Source: Mobula birostris (lineage: Eukaryota). Taken from it: DNA of 64,000 nt. Below, piece after piece: positions 23,121-36,292 of this stretch (position 1 is the first letter of the stretch; each line of letters opens with the position of its first letter). The translations under genes and the position numbers were made by a program. The notes beneath the pieces are model-generated. The model made no database searches, was not told the origin of the DNA, and was given only the letters and a program-made list of their open reading frames with translations. Where the stretch lies: NCBI RefSeq assembly GCF_030028105.1, contig NC_092374.1, positions 189,417,074 through 189,481,073 of the forward strand, given 5' to 3'.

Positions 23121-24479
23121 CAGAGGCTCTCTATAAGCTTCCTGTCAAGTGCTTCAAACATCACATTGGCTTCATAACGGAAAATCATGAAAGGAAGGGC
23201 CCTGTTAAACTTCAGTTTTTTTAATTCCTTAACATTAAAAAAAACTTAGAAATGTACAATTCTCAAATCAAATCAATTTTAATTATCATTCACACATAGG
23301 TACTGCCAAATGAAACAGTATTCCTCTGGTATCAAGGTACAAAATATACAAAGCACTTTCAAAATAGCAAGCAAAAATAAACATAGTCAAGCTAAAAAAC
23401 AAATATATAGCCCAAGACCCTGTGCAAATTGATGGTACTGTTCCTGACAATTACGTGTGCAGCATGCAATCCAGCTTACTCCAGCTTAAGTTAATCTTTT
23501 ATCATGTAGCATTGGAAAAAGAACAGCATGGCACTACTGAAATTTTTGACAACTGAAATGCTAAGGACTATACTGAGTTTTCTTCTATTTTCTACTCTTA
23601 CCAAAAGGAAAAATAGGGCAGATAAGTGTTTCTTGCACAGGCAGAGTGGAAGATTCGTATTGTATAGAGGCAAATGGCTGTAGTCATCAACTGCTAGAAA
23701 TACTAAAGAACAAAGGGTTGTGTTAGAGTGATTTTTGGATTTAGGACATGTACATTTAGCAATTGAGTTTGGCTACCAGGCTTCACATCTGAAAATGCAT
23801 TATGGATTTCATTTGGAGTGCAGCTCTGAACAATGGGTTCCTAAAAGCTGTGAATCCCAGACCAGACAATGCTGATTAAAATTCATTTGGATGTCTGTGG
23901 TGTGGATGCAAATCAGGAAGTGCGAAGGTATTTATGTAGTTTCAAAGAAAGCATTGTGCATACATTGTAAATATGGAGTTATCTTTTGTTTGGCTCATGA
24001 AATATGGAGCCGCATCTTGGGCCAATGAGACCCTTCAACCAAAAGCATCTCCGTATGATACCTGCTGTACCTTGTTTTGTCGAATAAAGAAGCTGTTTTG
24101 TATCTACTAGTAATTTTCTCCGGTGACCTCATTCACCCAACAACAGGCCGTGTGGGTAAGAACACTGAAGGAAATTAAATGAGGAAACTGGTGATTACTT
24201 CTGAGAACCTGCACCACAGATTTTTAAAATAGGCTGCGGTTCAGTAAAGAAATGTTCTCTTAGTGTCTTACAAATCCTATAGGTTCTAGAGTTGCTCTAA
24301 AGATTGTAATCCTATAGACTGCGAACCCACTATTTAAAAAAGGAGGGCGAGATGAGGCAGAGATCTACTGACACATTTGCTTAACATTAATAGCAGAAAA
24401 ATTGCTAGAATTTACAATGATGTGACAACAGAACATCATGAAATAGGACATGACATAGTAAACATGGACATGAAACAAA

Positions 24480-25110
24480 AATCATCCTTGACTAACATTC
24501 TAAGAATGTGATCAACAGAAAAGATAAAGAGGAACGAGTAAATGTGCCCTTTGTGTTTATCATAAGGCTTGGAATGTGACTCCATATAGGTAGTTGGTCA
24601 ACAGTGTGTGAATACATCAAACTGAGGGTAGTATATTGATGTTGCTGACAACTGAATAATGCATAGAAATCAGAGTGGTGAAAATAATTGATCTTTCTCA
24701 GACCAGCATACTGTGACCAGAGGGATATGTAGGGACCAGTGTTATATAGTGACATTTGACTAGACTAGATTCAGTTTATCATGTAATGTGAGTCTGAGTA
24801 GCCTAGACCTGTATACTTTAGAATGGGCGGCAATCTCATTGAAGTTCACAAAATCCATACAGCTCATGGGTACACAGCTGATTATTTCCACCAAATAAGG
24901 AAATTTAGAACCAGGTAACACTTGTACAATAAAAAACATGCAGTTTAGTACTGAGATAATGAGAAATTTATTCACTCAGATGTTTGGATTTTCTACCTTG
25001 GATGCCTGTGGGATCTCAAACCTGAATTCAATGATAAGAAAGTTTAATTGGTTTCTGTGTATTAAAGGAATCACTGGAACAGGGAAGATTGCAGTGAAAG
25101 TAGATAATCG
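24480..25110 (+). mobile_element. Highly degenerate CR1 RT fragment
   Basis: Relics of the CLTNL, KAFD and PQGSVLGP coding sequences plus CR1 3' sequence. Confidence 0.5.
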
Positions 25111-25974
25111 GTAATAGTTACGTTGAGTACTAGGGAAGGGTCGAGGTGCTTGGTTTTATTTCCATTTCTTAGTCACAAAATAATTGAAGATTGCTTTGAT
25201 TTCGGCATGATGATAGAAAGAATTTGTCATTTGGGCTGAACCAATTTGTATGCATTTGCCTGTATTGCAGTTTCAAAATTCAATTCCATTCCCCTCATTT
25301 CTTTATCTGCAAGTCTGAGATATCATGCTGGTGTAAATCAAGCCTGCCTATCATTGGAGACTCCTCTATCTAATCAGGTTAAACTATTTTGCAGTATAAG
25401 GAGGGACTGTAAAGTTTCCAGTCCTTTGCTTCTTGCAGATACTTACTAGTTTCCTTCCTTTCTTGCCTGCTGTTTCAAACTGACACTGCATGGCCTGCAC
25501 TTTAAGGAACATCTAATAAAACAGCTGTAACCAAAAAAATTGCACCTCATAGTTAACTTCTGAAGAACCTACTGGTCCAGATAACCTACGGCTCCAGCAG
25601 TAACATCTGTGGAAATGGAAACAGAGTTAATGTTGCAGATAAAGATCCTGCTTTGTTATAGAGAGCGAAATTATGGGATGAAAGGAAAACCTCTGACAGA
25701 GTGAGGCCAAGGTTACTGTGGCGATAAGCTTCTGATGAAACCAATGGTGATAAATTACTGTTGTCCTGCTGCCACAAAACAACAACTTTCACAAATGTTT
25801 TAGTGCTAATGAACCTGATCCTGATTCTAAGATAGTTACTATTATCTCCATCCATCTCCACATTTAATTTAGGCAGAGGCTGCTCATCCAAAGCAACTGA
25901 ATGAGCAGAATTCAATATTTCTCTTTGAGGAATGAAGGAATTTGTTCTTGTTTTGAGTTCACAGTTATACTGCC

Positions 25975-26455
25975 CCATGAGGCCACACTAAGTTTGGAGG
26001 AGCAACACCTTATATTCCCTCTGGGTAGCCTGTAATCTGATGGCGTGAACATCAATTTATCGAACTTCCAGTAATGCCCCCCCCATCTCCTTCACCATTC
26101 ACCATTTCAATTTCTCTCTCTCACCTTATCTCCTTACCTGCCAATCATCTGGTGCTCCTCCCCTTCCCTTTCTTCCATTGCATTCTGTCCTCTCCTGTCA
26201 GATTCCCCCTTCTCCAGACCTTTACCTCTTTCACCAATCCGCCATCCCAGCTCTTTATTTCACTTCTCCCCCTCTGCTGTATTCACCTATCACCTACTGT
26301 CTTGTATTTCTTCTTCCCTTCCCCCACCTTCTTACTCTAATTCCTCATCTTTTTTCTCCAGTCCTGATGAAGGGTCTCAGCCCAAAACGTTGACTGTACT
26401 CTTTTCCATAGATGCTGCATGACTTGCTGAGTTCCTTCAGCATTTTGTGTGTGTC
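25975..26455 (+). mobile_element. Penelope-like element 3' end
   Basis: Encodes a degenerate LEEQHLIF.LGSL..DG.NI, the C-terminus of the GIY-YIG ORF, followed by a pyrimidine-rich UTR and a hammerhead motif. Confidence 0.8.
26359..26396 (+). ncRNA. Type I minimal hammerhead ribozyme motif, probably inactive (G12A)
   Basis: Stem I CAGTC/GACTG; core CTGATGA; stem II GGG/CCC; AAAA in place of GAAA; palindromic ACGT stem III. Confidence 0.65.
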
Positions 26456-26839
26456 CCTTTTTACCACACACTCTTTCCCTCTTGCCAATCTGTCAATGCT
26501 AGTATATTTCCTGTAATACCATGGGCTCTTATCTTGCTACGCAGCCTCATGTGCAGCACCTTGTCAATGGCCTTCTGAAAATCCAAGTACAGAACATCTA
26601 CCAATTCTCCTATAGTCGAGGAGTCGAGGACAAAAGGCACAAACTCAGAACAGAGGGATGTCCTTTTAGAACGGATATGAGGGGAGTATCTTTAGCCAGA
26701 GTGTGGCAAATCTGTGGGAGTTATTGCCACAGGCCAGGTTATTTTGGTTTATTTAAGGAAGAGAGTGATAGATTCTTGATAAGTCCATACATGAAAAGTT
26801 ACTGCAAGAAAGCAGTATATAGGAATTTTGGGAGTTAGG

Positions 26840-27090
26840 AAGGACGCTGAGAAGAAGGACCTCATCGAGGATTGCTGCCTGTGCCATGCAACAGTGAAGA
26901 CAGGAATAAAGTGAGATGGCAGAGAAATGCGTGGCTGAAGATTTGGAGCAGGGGGCAGGGATTCACATTTCTGAATAATGGGAACCTCTTTTGAGGCAAG
27001 TGGGACCTGTCCGAAAGCAGTGGGTTGCACTTGAATTTGAGGGGGACCAAAATTTTTGCAGGCAAGTTGACTAGAGCTGTTGGGAGTGGT
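26840..27090 (+). mobile_element. CR1 ORF1 (esterase-region) fragment
   Basis: Homologous in reverse orientation to 47590-47800 and 30420-30590. Confidence 0.6.
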
Positions 27091-27344
27091 TTAAACAAAT
27101 GTAACCCCTCTCCCCCACCCCAAGTTCAGAATGTGAGTCAGCCAATCAGGATTGTGTGATGTGGGGAGAAGGTTCTAGAGAGCTGCAGGGAAGAGGTTTC
27201 TGAAGGACAGTAGTCTGGTTTGGTGTCTTTTGGGGGCGGGGGAGATGCGGAGAAGAGAAGATTAAGATGATGTAGAATTCGTTCCAACGGGAAGACGCTA
27301 TAGAAAGGAATGCTTTGTGAGATGAAAGAGTACAAGATGGGAAG

Positions 27345-30300
27345 TTCTATAACCATATAACCATATAACAATTACGGCATGGAAACAGGCCATCTCGGCC
27401 CTTCTAGTCCGTGCCGAACGCTTACTTTCACCTAGTCCCACTGACCTGCACTCAGCCCATACCCTCCATTCCTTTCCTGACCATATAGCTATCCAATTTA
27501 ACTTTAAATGACAACATCGAACCTGCCTCAACCACTTCTGCTGGAGGCTCGTTCCACACAGCTACCACACTCTGAGTAAAGAAGCTCCCCCTCATGTTAC
27601 CCCTAAACTTTTGCCCTTTAACTCTCAACTCATGTCCTCTTGTTTGAATCTGCCCCACTCTCAATGGAAAAAGCCTGTCCACGTCAACTCTATCTATCCC
27701 CCTCATAATTTTAAATACCTCTATCAAGTCCCCTCTCAACCTTCTATGCTCCAAAGAATAAAGACCCAACTTGTTCAACCTTTCTCTGTAACTTAGGAGA
27801 TGAAACCCAGGTAACATTCCAGTAAATCTTCTCTGTACTCTCTCAATTTTGTTAACATCTTTCCTACAATTTGGTGACCAGAACTATACACAATACTCCA
27901 AATTTGGCCTTACCAATGCCTTCTACAATTTCAACATTACATCCCAACTCCTATACTCAATGCTCTGATTTATAAAGGCCAGCATACCAAAAACTTTCTT
28001 CACCACCCTATCCACATGAGATTCCACCTTCAGGGAACTATGCACCATTATTCCTACATCCTTCTGTTCTACTGCATTCTTCAATGCCCTACCATTTACC
28101 ATGTCTGTCCTATTTTGATTAGTCCTCCCAAAATGTAGCACCTCACATTTATCAGCATTAAACTCCATCTGCCATCTTTCAGCCCACTCTTCTAATTGGC
28201 CTAAGTCTCTCTGCAAGCTTTGAAAACCTACTTCATTGTCCACAACTCCACCTATCTTAGTATCATCTGCATATTTACTAATCCAATTTACCACCCCATC
28301 ACCCAGATCATTAATATATGTGACAAACAACATTGGACCCAGCACAGTTCTCTGAGGCACACCACTAGACACCGGCCTCCAATCTGACAAACAGTTATCC
28401 ACCACTACTCTCTGGCATCTCCCATCCAGCCACTGCTGAATCCATTTTACTACTTCAATATTAATACCTAACGATTGAACCTTCCATGTGGAATCTTGTC
28501 AAGGCCTTACAGAAGTCCATATAAACAACATCCACCGTTTTACCCTCATCAACTTTCCTAGTAACCTCATCAAAAAATTCAATAAGATTTGTCAAACATG
28601 AACTTTCACGCACAAATCCATGTTGATTGCTTCTAATCAGACCCTGTCTATCCAGATAATTAAATATACCATCTCTAAGAATACTTCCCATCAATTTACT
28701 CACCACTGTCGTCAAACTCACAGGCCGATAATTGCTAGGTTTACTCTTAGAACTTTTTTAAACAATGGAACAACATGATCAATACACCAATCCTCCCCAT
28801 TTCTAATGACATTTGAAATATTTCTGTCGGAGTCACTTCTATTTCCACAGTATCATCCCTCAAGGTCCTTGGGAATATCCTGTCAGGACCCAGAGACTTA
28901 TCCACTTTTATATTCCTTAAAAGCACCAGTACTTCCTCTTCTTTCATCATCATAGTTTCCATAACTACCGTATTTGTTTTCCTTATCTTACACAATTCAA
29001 TATCCTTCTCCTTAGTGAATACCGAAGAAAAGAAATTGTTCAAAATCTCTTTTGGCTCTGCACATAGCCATCCACTCTGATTCTCTAAGGGACCAATTTT
29101 ATCCCTCACTATCCTTTTGCTATTAGTATAACTGTAGAAACCCTTTGGATTTATTTTCACCTTACTTGCCAAAGCAACCGCATATCATCTTTTAGCTTTC
29201 TTGATTTCTTTCTTAAGATTCTTTTCACATTCTTTATATTCCTCGAGCACCTCATTTACTCCAAGCCGCCTATTTTTATTGTAGATCTCTCTCTTTTTCT
29301 GAAACAAGTTTCCAATATCCCTTGAAAACCATGGCTCTTTCAAACTTTTAACCTTTCCTTTCAACCTAACAGGAACATGAAGATTCTGTACCCTCAAAAT
29401 TTCATCTTTAAATGACCTCCATTTCTCTATTACATCTTCCTATAAAACAAATTGTCCCAATCCACTCCTTCTAAGTCCTTTCACATCTCCTCAAAGTTAG
29501 CCTTTCTCCAATCGAAAATCTCAACCCTGGGTCTGGTCCTATCCTTCTCCGTAATTATATTGAAACTAATGGCATTGTGATCACTGGACCCGAAGTGCTC
29601 CCCAACACATACCTCTGTCACCTGACCTATCTCATTCCCTAACAGGAAATCCAACACTGCCCCTTCTCTAGTTGGTACCTGTATGTATTGCTGCAAAAAT
29701 TATCTTGCATACATTTTACAAACTCCAAACCATCCAGCCCTTTTACAGAATGGGTTTCCCAGTCTATGTGTGGAAAATTAAAATCTCCCACAATCACAAC
29801 CTTGTGCTTACTACAAATATCTGCTATCTCCTTACAAATTTGCTCCTCCAATTCTCGCTCCCCATTAGGTGGTCTATAATACACCCCTATAAGTGTTACT
29901 ACACCTTTCCCATTCCTCAATCTAACCCAAATAGCCTCCCTAGACGAGTCCTCTAATCTATCCTGCCAAAGCACCTCTGTAATATTTTCTCTGACAAGCA
30001 ATGCAACACCTCCCCCTCTTGTCCCTATCACACCTGAAGCAATGAAATCCAGGAATTTTTAGTTGCCAATCACACCCCTCCTGCAACCATGTTTCACTAA
30101 TAGCTACATCATATTTCCAGGTACCAATCCATGCTCTAAGCTCATCCACCTTTCTTACAATGCTCCTAGCATTAAAATAGATGCATTAAGGAACTCTCCA
30201 CCTCTTACTCTCGGTTTATCCCTAATGGTGCAAACAACTTTGTTATCTCTTTCTTCCTTCTCCCCTACATCTTCGGTTTGAGTGCTCCCATTCTCTGTCC

Positions 30301-30590
30301 CCTGCCTATCCTTCCTCACACACTGTCTACTAGCTTTCTCTACTGGTGAACTAACCTCCTCTCTCCTAGTCTCTTCAATTTGATTCCCACCCCCCAACCA
30401 TTCTATTTTAAATTCTCCCCAGTAGCCTTCACAAATCTCCCTGCCAGGATATTGGTCCCCCTAGGATTCAAGTGCAACCCGGCCTTTTTGTACAGGTCAC
30501 ACCTGCACCAAAAGAGGTCCCAATAATCCAGAAACTTGAATCCCAATCCCCTGCTCCAATCCTTCAGTCAGGCGTTTATCCTCCACCTCA
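27345..30590 (-). mobile_element. CR1 LINE, ORF1 end plus disrupted ORF2 (EN and RT)
   Basis: ISETWL, GVYYRPP, VIVGDFNFP, SCLTNLIEFF, YADD; (ataacc)n-like tail at ~27345. Confidence 0.92.
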
Positions 30591-30619
30591 TTCCGTTCCT
30601 ACTCTCACTGTCAGACCCA

Positions 30620-30985
30620 TGGACTTGTCCTGTACTGCAGTCTGCGGCACAGCATTCCACAGATTCACTACTCTGTGGCTAAAATTTCCTCCTTACCTCT
30701 GTTCTAAAAGGTCACTCCTCAATTTTGAGGCTGTGCCCTCTAGATCTGGATATCCTCACCATAGGAAACATCTGCTCCACGTCCACCATATCTGGCCCTT
30801 TCAACATTCGGTAGGTTTCAATGAGATCCCCCCACATTCTTCTAAGTTCCAGTGAGTAGAGGCCCAAAGCTGCCAAATGGTCCTCATATGTTAACCCCTT
30901 CATTCCCAGAATCATCATAATGAACCTCTTCTGGACCCTCTCCGAAGACAACACATCCTTTCTGTGATACTGGGCCCTTCTATCT
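30620..30985 (-). mobile_element. CR1 3' fragment
   Basis: ERVQKRF...LGLYSLELRRMWGDLIE in ORF 30712-31221. Confidence 0.8.
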
Positions 30986-31519
30986 CCTTCTATATTGGAA
31001 GCAAATATGGAAACTTGGTAATTAATCTTGCATGATAAAAATCCAGAGTAATAACCATTTAGAATTCTGCTGCTGGATTTTGATTTTATTGTACAAATAT
31101 TTGAATTGTTTTTGATTATTTTCATGGACTTGAAATTCTTTTGGTTAGTGTGCATCCGTTTGTGAATCATTGTTTTAAACCTAGAATGGAAATGGATCAT
31201 TGAAAGGGATTGGGAAACCACAGTTCTTTTGGACGTTTAGAAAGTCTGGGTTGGTTTACACTGATTTGTCGACAGACCGCACGAATGGGTGAGGTAAGAT
31301 AACAGGTAGGGAATCCTCAAGAAAAAAAATCCTTAGTCTTGAAAATGTGGAACTAGCTCCTACATGGGGGAATTCAGGCACTGCAGGGGGCGTTAAAGTG
31401 AAGCAACAGACAAAAAGCCCAAGGAACACAATACGCCAGGCAGCATCTGTGAAGAGAAATGGACACTTGACATTTCAGGTTGACTTTCTATCTGTCTTGA
31501 TAGATGCTGTTTGGCTAAG

Positions 31520-31980
31520 AAATTTCTACAGAGGTATTAGAGAGCATGTTGACTGGCTGCATCACAGCTTGATATGGGAACTGTACCTCCCTCAATCACA
31601 GGACTCTGCAGAGAGTGGTGCCGACAGCCCAGTGCATCTGTGGATGTGAACTTCCCAATGTTCAGGACATTGCCAAAAGGCCCGAAATACCGCTGGGGAT
31701 CCGAATCACTCCAAACGCAAACTGTTCCAGCTGCTACCATCCGGGAAGCGGTACTGCAGCATAAAAGGCCAGGACCCACAGGCTCTTCTACTAGGCCAGC
31801 AAATTGATTAATTCATGCTGATACAATCGTATTTCTATGTTATGATGACTGTACTGTTGTACATACTATTGATTATAAAATACAATAAATTGCACATTGT
31901 ACATTTAAATGGGACGTAACATAAAGAATTTTACTCGTCATGTATATGAAGGATGTAAGAAACAAAGTCAATTCAATTCA
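31520..31980 (+). mobile_element. L2-clade LINE 3' end
   Basis: Homologous in reverse orientation to 3140-3600; ends in tcaattcaattca. Confidence 0.75.
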
Positions 31981-32212
31981 TTTTAATTCCTCCAGCTATT
32001 TATATGTTACTCCAGATTTCAGCATCTGCAGTCTCATTACAAAGGTGGGAGCTATGCGGCTTAAATGTCGGCATGGATATATCCAGCCGCCACTGGATAT
32101 CGCAGGGCTAGGTCATGTGTTACAGACCCTCAAGTATTTTATGAGCTTACTGGATAAGGACGAGTCATGACCTGAGTTGTAAGAATGTGTGCTGATTCGA
32201 AAGCATAAAACA

Positions 32213-32315
32213 ACATGCAACTAGTTCAAGTTTATAAGCAGTGAAGGACATGTAACTAGTTCAAGTTTATAAGCAGTGAAGGACATGTAACTAGTTCAAG
32301 TTTATGAGCAGTGAA
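32213..32315. repeat. 35-bp tandem repeat, ~2.9 copies
   Basis: Unit acatgtaactagttcaagtttataagcagtgaagg starting at 32213, 32248 and 32283. Confidence 0.95.
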
Positions 32316-32319
32316 TATT

Positions 32320-32545
32320 GACTTACTTACCAAGCCTATAACCCCTACTGGGACAGAAGCTGCCGATAGAGTTCGCCAGTGTCCTCTGCGCTGGGTCTGG
32401 TTTTAAAGTTGTCCCCAGGCGCAACCCATCTTCGGTATTTTTCCTCTCCCAGGAATGAGGTATTTGAGGCTTTATTTGGCGTTTGTGTAGGCTCTGAGCT
32501 TTTACGGGATGATCCCATGCCCACCCTTCTCAAGCTTGGGACCGT
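32320..32545 (-). mobile_element. Possible RTE-X-related non-autonomous fragment
   Basis: cttacttac (GTAA-type tail) at one end and ttttacgggatgatcccatgcccaccctt at the other; resemblance is from recall only. Confidence 0.35.
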
Positions 32546-34442
32546 CCACGGTGGAGTTACACAGTGTATTAATGTCATAAAAATTGGCTTTTTGTAGCAA
32601 CAGCCCACCACTTTACAAGACGTGGACAACATCAGTTAACATTAACGTAAAGCAATATAAATTACAAACAAGCAATAAAATAATTCATTATTTTGCTTCA
32701 ACATATTCTTTATATTTCTCTACTGTTGTGTTTCTGTTGTATTTCACACCAACACATCACAGAGATTTCCTCAGCCATATTAATGTATATGGCGAATAAA
32801 GTTGATTTTTGAACGTTCGTGCTTCATAAACAACGCAACTACTGGATTTTCAGCATCTGCTGAATCTCTTGTGCTTACTAATTCTACCCAACTCCACCCT
32901 GTTAAATGCAACGCCCACCTACGTCTACGTTTGTCTGACTATGGGCTACTCGTTTTGGAAAACCTGCCCTGGAAAGGGCTGTCCCAAAGTGGGGAATCTG
33001 CGAGAGAGAAAAAAAAAATGACTAATTGATTCGATCTTCCCGGAGGCCAGCACGGATCCTGTGGGCTAAATGGCCGCGTCTTTGGCTGCAGTAATCTCTG
33101 TAGAAAGTTCCTGACGTTTCACCCAGAAACGAAATTGAAGCGAGGAGACTGATTGGAAGCAAGGTATTGACAGACCGGCCTGACCCACCGACGCTGCTAG
33201 CTGTGTCTCTTTGTCCCAGACCAGAGTGCTGATGTTCATCAAGATATGCCCGGTGTCTGTGAGGAACGACCTCATTTTGAATCACTGTTTGAGAGCTTTA
33301 CTTTACTAGGCGTAGCGGTTTCTTGGCTTCGCTGCAGTTTTCAGACAAATACCGCAGCTCATAGTCTCTTTTTCCGCTTCAAAAATAAGAACTCGTCCTC
33401 CACTCCCCCCCCCCCCCCCCACGGTGCTCTGCATTTCCGAACCTTCAGCCTTCCACTTCGAACAAACTTCCCTCCCTCAGCCTCAGATAATAATCCACTC
33501 ACTACAATGGTGAAAGTCTGCATTGTTGACTTTTAAACCCATTGGCCCGGAGTCTCAACGGGACGGTGGTGGGGAACTTGGTGAAGTGGTTGTCTCACAA
33601 CATGTCGAAAGCACCCCACGGTCCAGGCACGTCGCAGCAATCACTCCCCCCCCCCATCCCCTCCCGCCCCCGCCATTAATGGACTCAAGATTAGATCCGG
33701 ATAAACAAACACATACGTACTTTAAATTCACTTTTCATTTTTTTGTTATATTCTTTGGTGAAAGCATCGGTTAGCACAATGTTCAGAAATTGTTGGAAGC
33801 GTTCATCAGGTCAGGTGGAAACGGGGTTAATGTTTCAGTCAGCCTAACGGAAAAGGGTTAATGTTGTTTCGCTCCGCACAGGCGCTACCTGACATGTTGA
33901 GTGTTTTCAATGTTATTTTTGTTTTAATTGCAGATTTGCAGTACCTGCCACTTCCCTCCAAACCCTGGGCATATTTCACTGTACATGAATCCCTGATAAT
34001 GATGGTAGAGGTTTACAGGCGAGGCGCTTTATTCATCCTTTCTAACAACCAGTAACAGAGGAGCGAGGTGCCCGTTGCTGCCTGGAAGAGAAGTTTTGAC
34101 CGGCGTTAGCCTCGGTGTTTTGTTCGGGATGTCGCGATATCCTGCCTGTAGCAAGGTAAAGATCGAATCGGTAAGTGACCCGTTTGCGATCTCCACCCGT
34201 GCACTTGAGACATTTCCACAGATATCAGGCATGTCGCTTGTCAAAAGATGTCGGGGTGATTCGTAACATACTGTATTGGACAGGTGCGCACCGCACCAGC
34301 TGGAACTTCGGGAGAACCTGTGTCCCACAAAAAACAAGTCAGTCGGCAAGATTTTATCTGTGCCAAGATCACAAATTTGTGACAAATCTGAACGCTATTG
34401 CAAACTGTCTGATTTCAGTCGAATTTACATTATTGCAAACGA

Positions 34443-34979
34443 CGCTCATTGACCGTTTAATTGGATACTCCTGAACACCTGCTCGTTAATACAGATATTT
34501 AATCAGCCAATCATTTGACAGCAGTTCAATGCATAAAAACATACATACATGGTCAAGAGGTTTAATTGTTGTTCACACCAAACCTCAGAATGAGGAAGGA
34601 ATGTGTTCTAAGTGATTTTGACCGTGGAATGAAAGCTGGTGCCAGGCGGGATGGGTTGAATATCTCACATACTGTTGATCCCCTGAGATTTTTACGCGCA
34701 GGTGTATAGAGTTCACAGAGAATGTTGCAAAACGCAAACAATAAAAAGAAACCATTCAGTTAACGATAGTTCTGTGGGAAAAAATGCCTTGTTAATTAGA
34801 GAGGTCAGAGGAGATTGGTCAGACTGATTCAAGCTGATATGAGGGCAAAAGAAACTAAACGCCACAGTGGTGTGTAGAAGAGGCAACCTGTTGAATCTTG
34901 AAGTGGATAGACTACAGCAGCATGCATTTAGTAGCCACTTTCTGGTACCTCCTGTCCCTAATAAAATGGCCACTGAGTG
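34443..34979 (+). mobile_element. Tc1-like DNA transposon deletion derivative
   Basis: Right TIR ctaataaaatggccactgagtg; degenerate left TIR; internal relic of the transposase N-terminus (CVLSDFDRGMKAGARRDGLNIS). Confidence 0.8.
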
Positions 34980-36292
34980 AACAGCGAAAGGAGCGTCTAA
35001 CTGCTGCGTTTCTGTGACACAAAACAATTGATTAACATTTATGTGTTTGAATGCCGTTTTATTTCGCCGATCACAGTCTGAATTCTATTTAAATGTAATA
35101 CTGTAATTCGACCTAACTTCTGATTTTAATATGAAATCCCTGATTGCATTCTAATCGAATTTATTGCAACCTGCATTCATTGATCATAATTGAAACTTCC
35201 CAATTAAAATCTAAAATCGTTGATCGGAGTCTAATCACATTTATTTACAATGTAAAACAGTTAATTTCAATATTAACTCCTTAATTTCAATGTAATCTGT
35301 TATACACCTTCCAAAATAATTGACCATAAATTAATCCTTGTCGGGTGTATTTTTATAACTTTTATCTTGCAAATGCTTCATTGTTTTTTTCTACTTCTGT
35401 GATTTCACCCAGACTTATAAAACTTCATCTGCGCTATCACTTTGGTTTCCATTAATAGATTATCATCGTCTATAACTAACACCCTGAAACCCTTTTGTGA
35501 AATGTACGTGGCAATTAGATAGTTATTCCTGTAATGTATCAAGTATTTGTGAAGAATGTTAAATGAGCCACATGGGCTCCTTTGAATGTAATTTCAACTT
35601 CCCATTTTCAGACGCCTGTAGAGGTTCGATCTGCGTTGATGGTTTTCCTGACTTTATCCCAGCACAGAACCGTGAGGTATTCTCTCATTACACTTCACTC
35701 ATTAGTTTCGTGATGCAGCCTTTGGCAGTTTGCTGTCAGCTGGATCTTGATCTGCGCAATATTTTCTACTCAAGCCAACCTATTACCGTCTGCACCATGA
35801 GTTTATATTGTATCGAATAACCTTTGATATGCCACCTTATCAAACGCCTTCTGAAAATCTAAGGCGAATACATTCAATTATTTTTTTTATTCACAGCAAT
35901 GTTTATCATTCAAAAACTGGAACAAATTAGTCAAATATGATTTCCCTTTCATAATGCTGGGTTGACTTTGCCCGAGGCGTCCTGCTTTTCCAAATGTCTT
36001 CAACCTCTTCCTGATGGCAGATGATATATATAGTGACCTGACGTTTCCTGCTTTCTCTTAAAAAAACGTTGGCAGAATCCGCGATTTTTCGAAAAATGAG
36101 GCATGTTTAACAGCAGTGAAATAAGGACCCGAGGTCGAAGCCCATCAGACACGGCGTTCGGCATCTCGTAGCTCAAAAACATAATCACATAGCTCAGGGT
36201 AACAGTTCTAGTGATTGTAAAATTCCTGAATATCCCACCCCCCACGTTTCGATTCATAAATTACACATTTTTTTTAGGAAGTCAATTTTATA

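Noticed and set aside
23602-23690. Minus-strand segment with a good acceptor and a GTAAGA donor
   Set aside because: No recognisable peptide and no partner exons; such site pairs arise by chance.
25586-25978. 130-aa minus-strand ORF starting MGQYNC, resembling an Ig F-strand motif
   Set aside because: Its start overlaps the antisense of a Penelope end; no other Ig hallmarks or splice sites were seen.
32213-32315. 35-bp repeats as a CRISPR array
   Set aside because: The repeats are head-to-tail with no spacers, in a vertebrate context with no cas genes.
33060-33085. AAATGGCCGC as a YY1 site or start codon
   Set aside because: The context matches a degenerate CR1 3' tail (gggccgaatggcct), and the frame stops after 14 codons.
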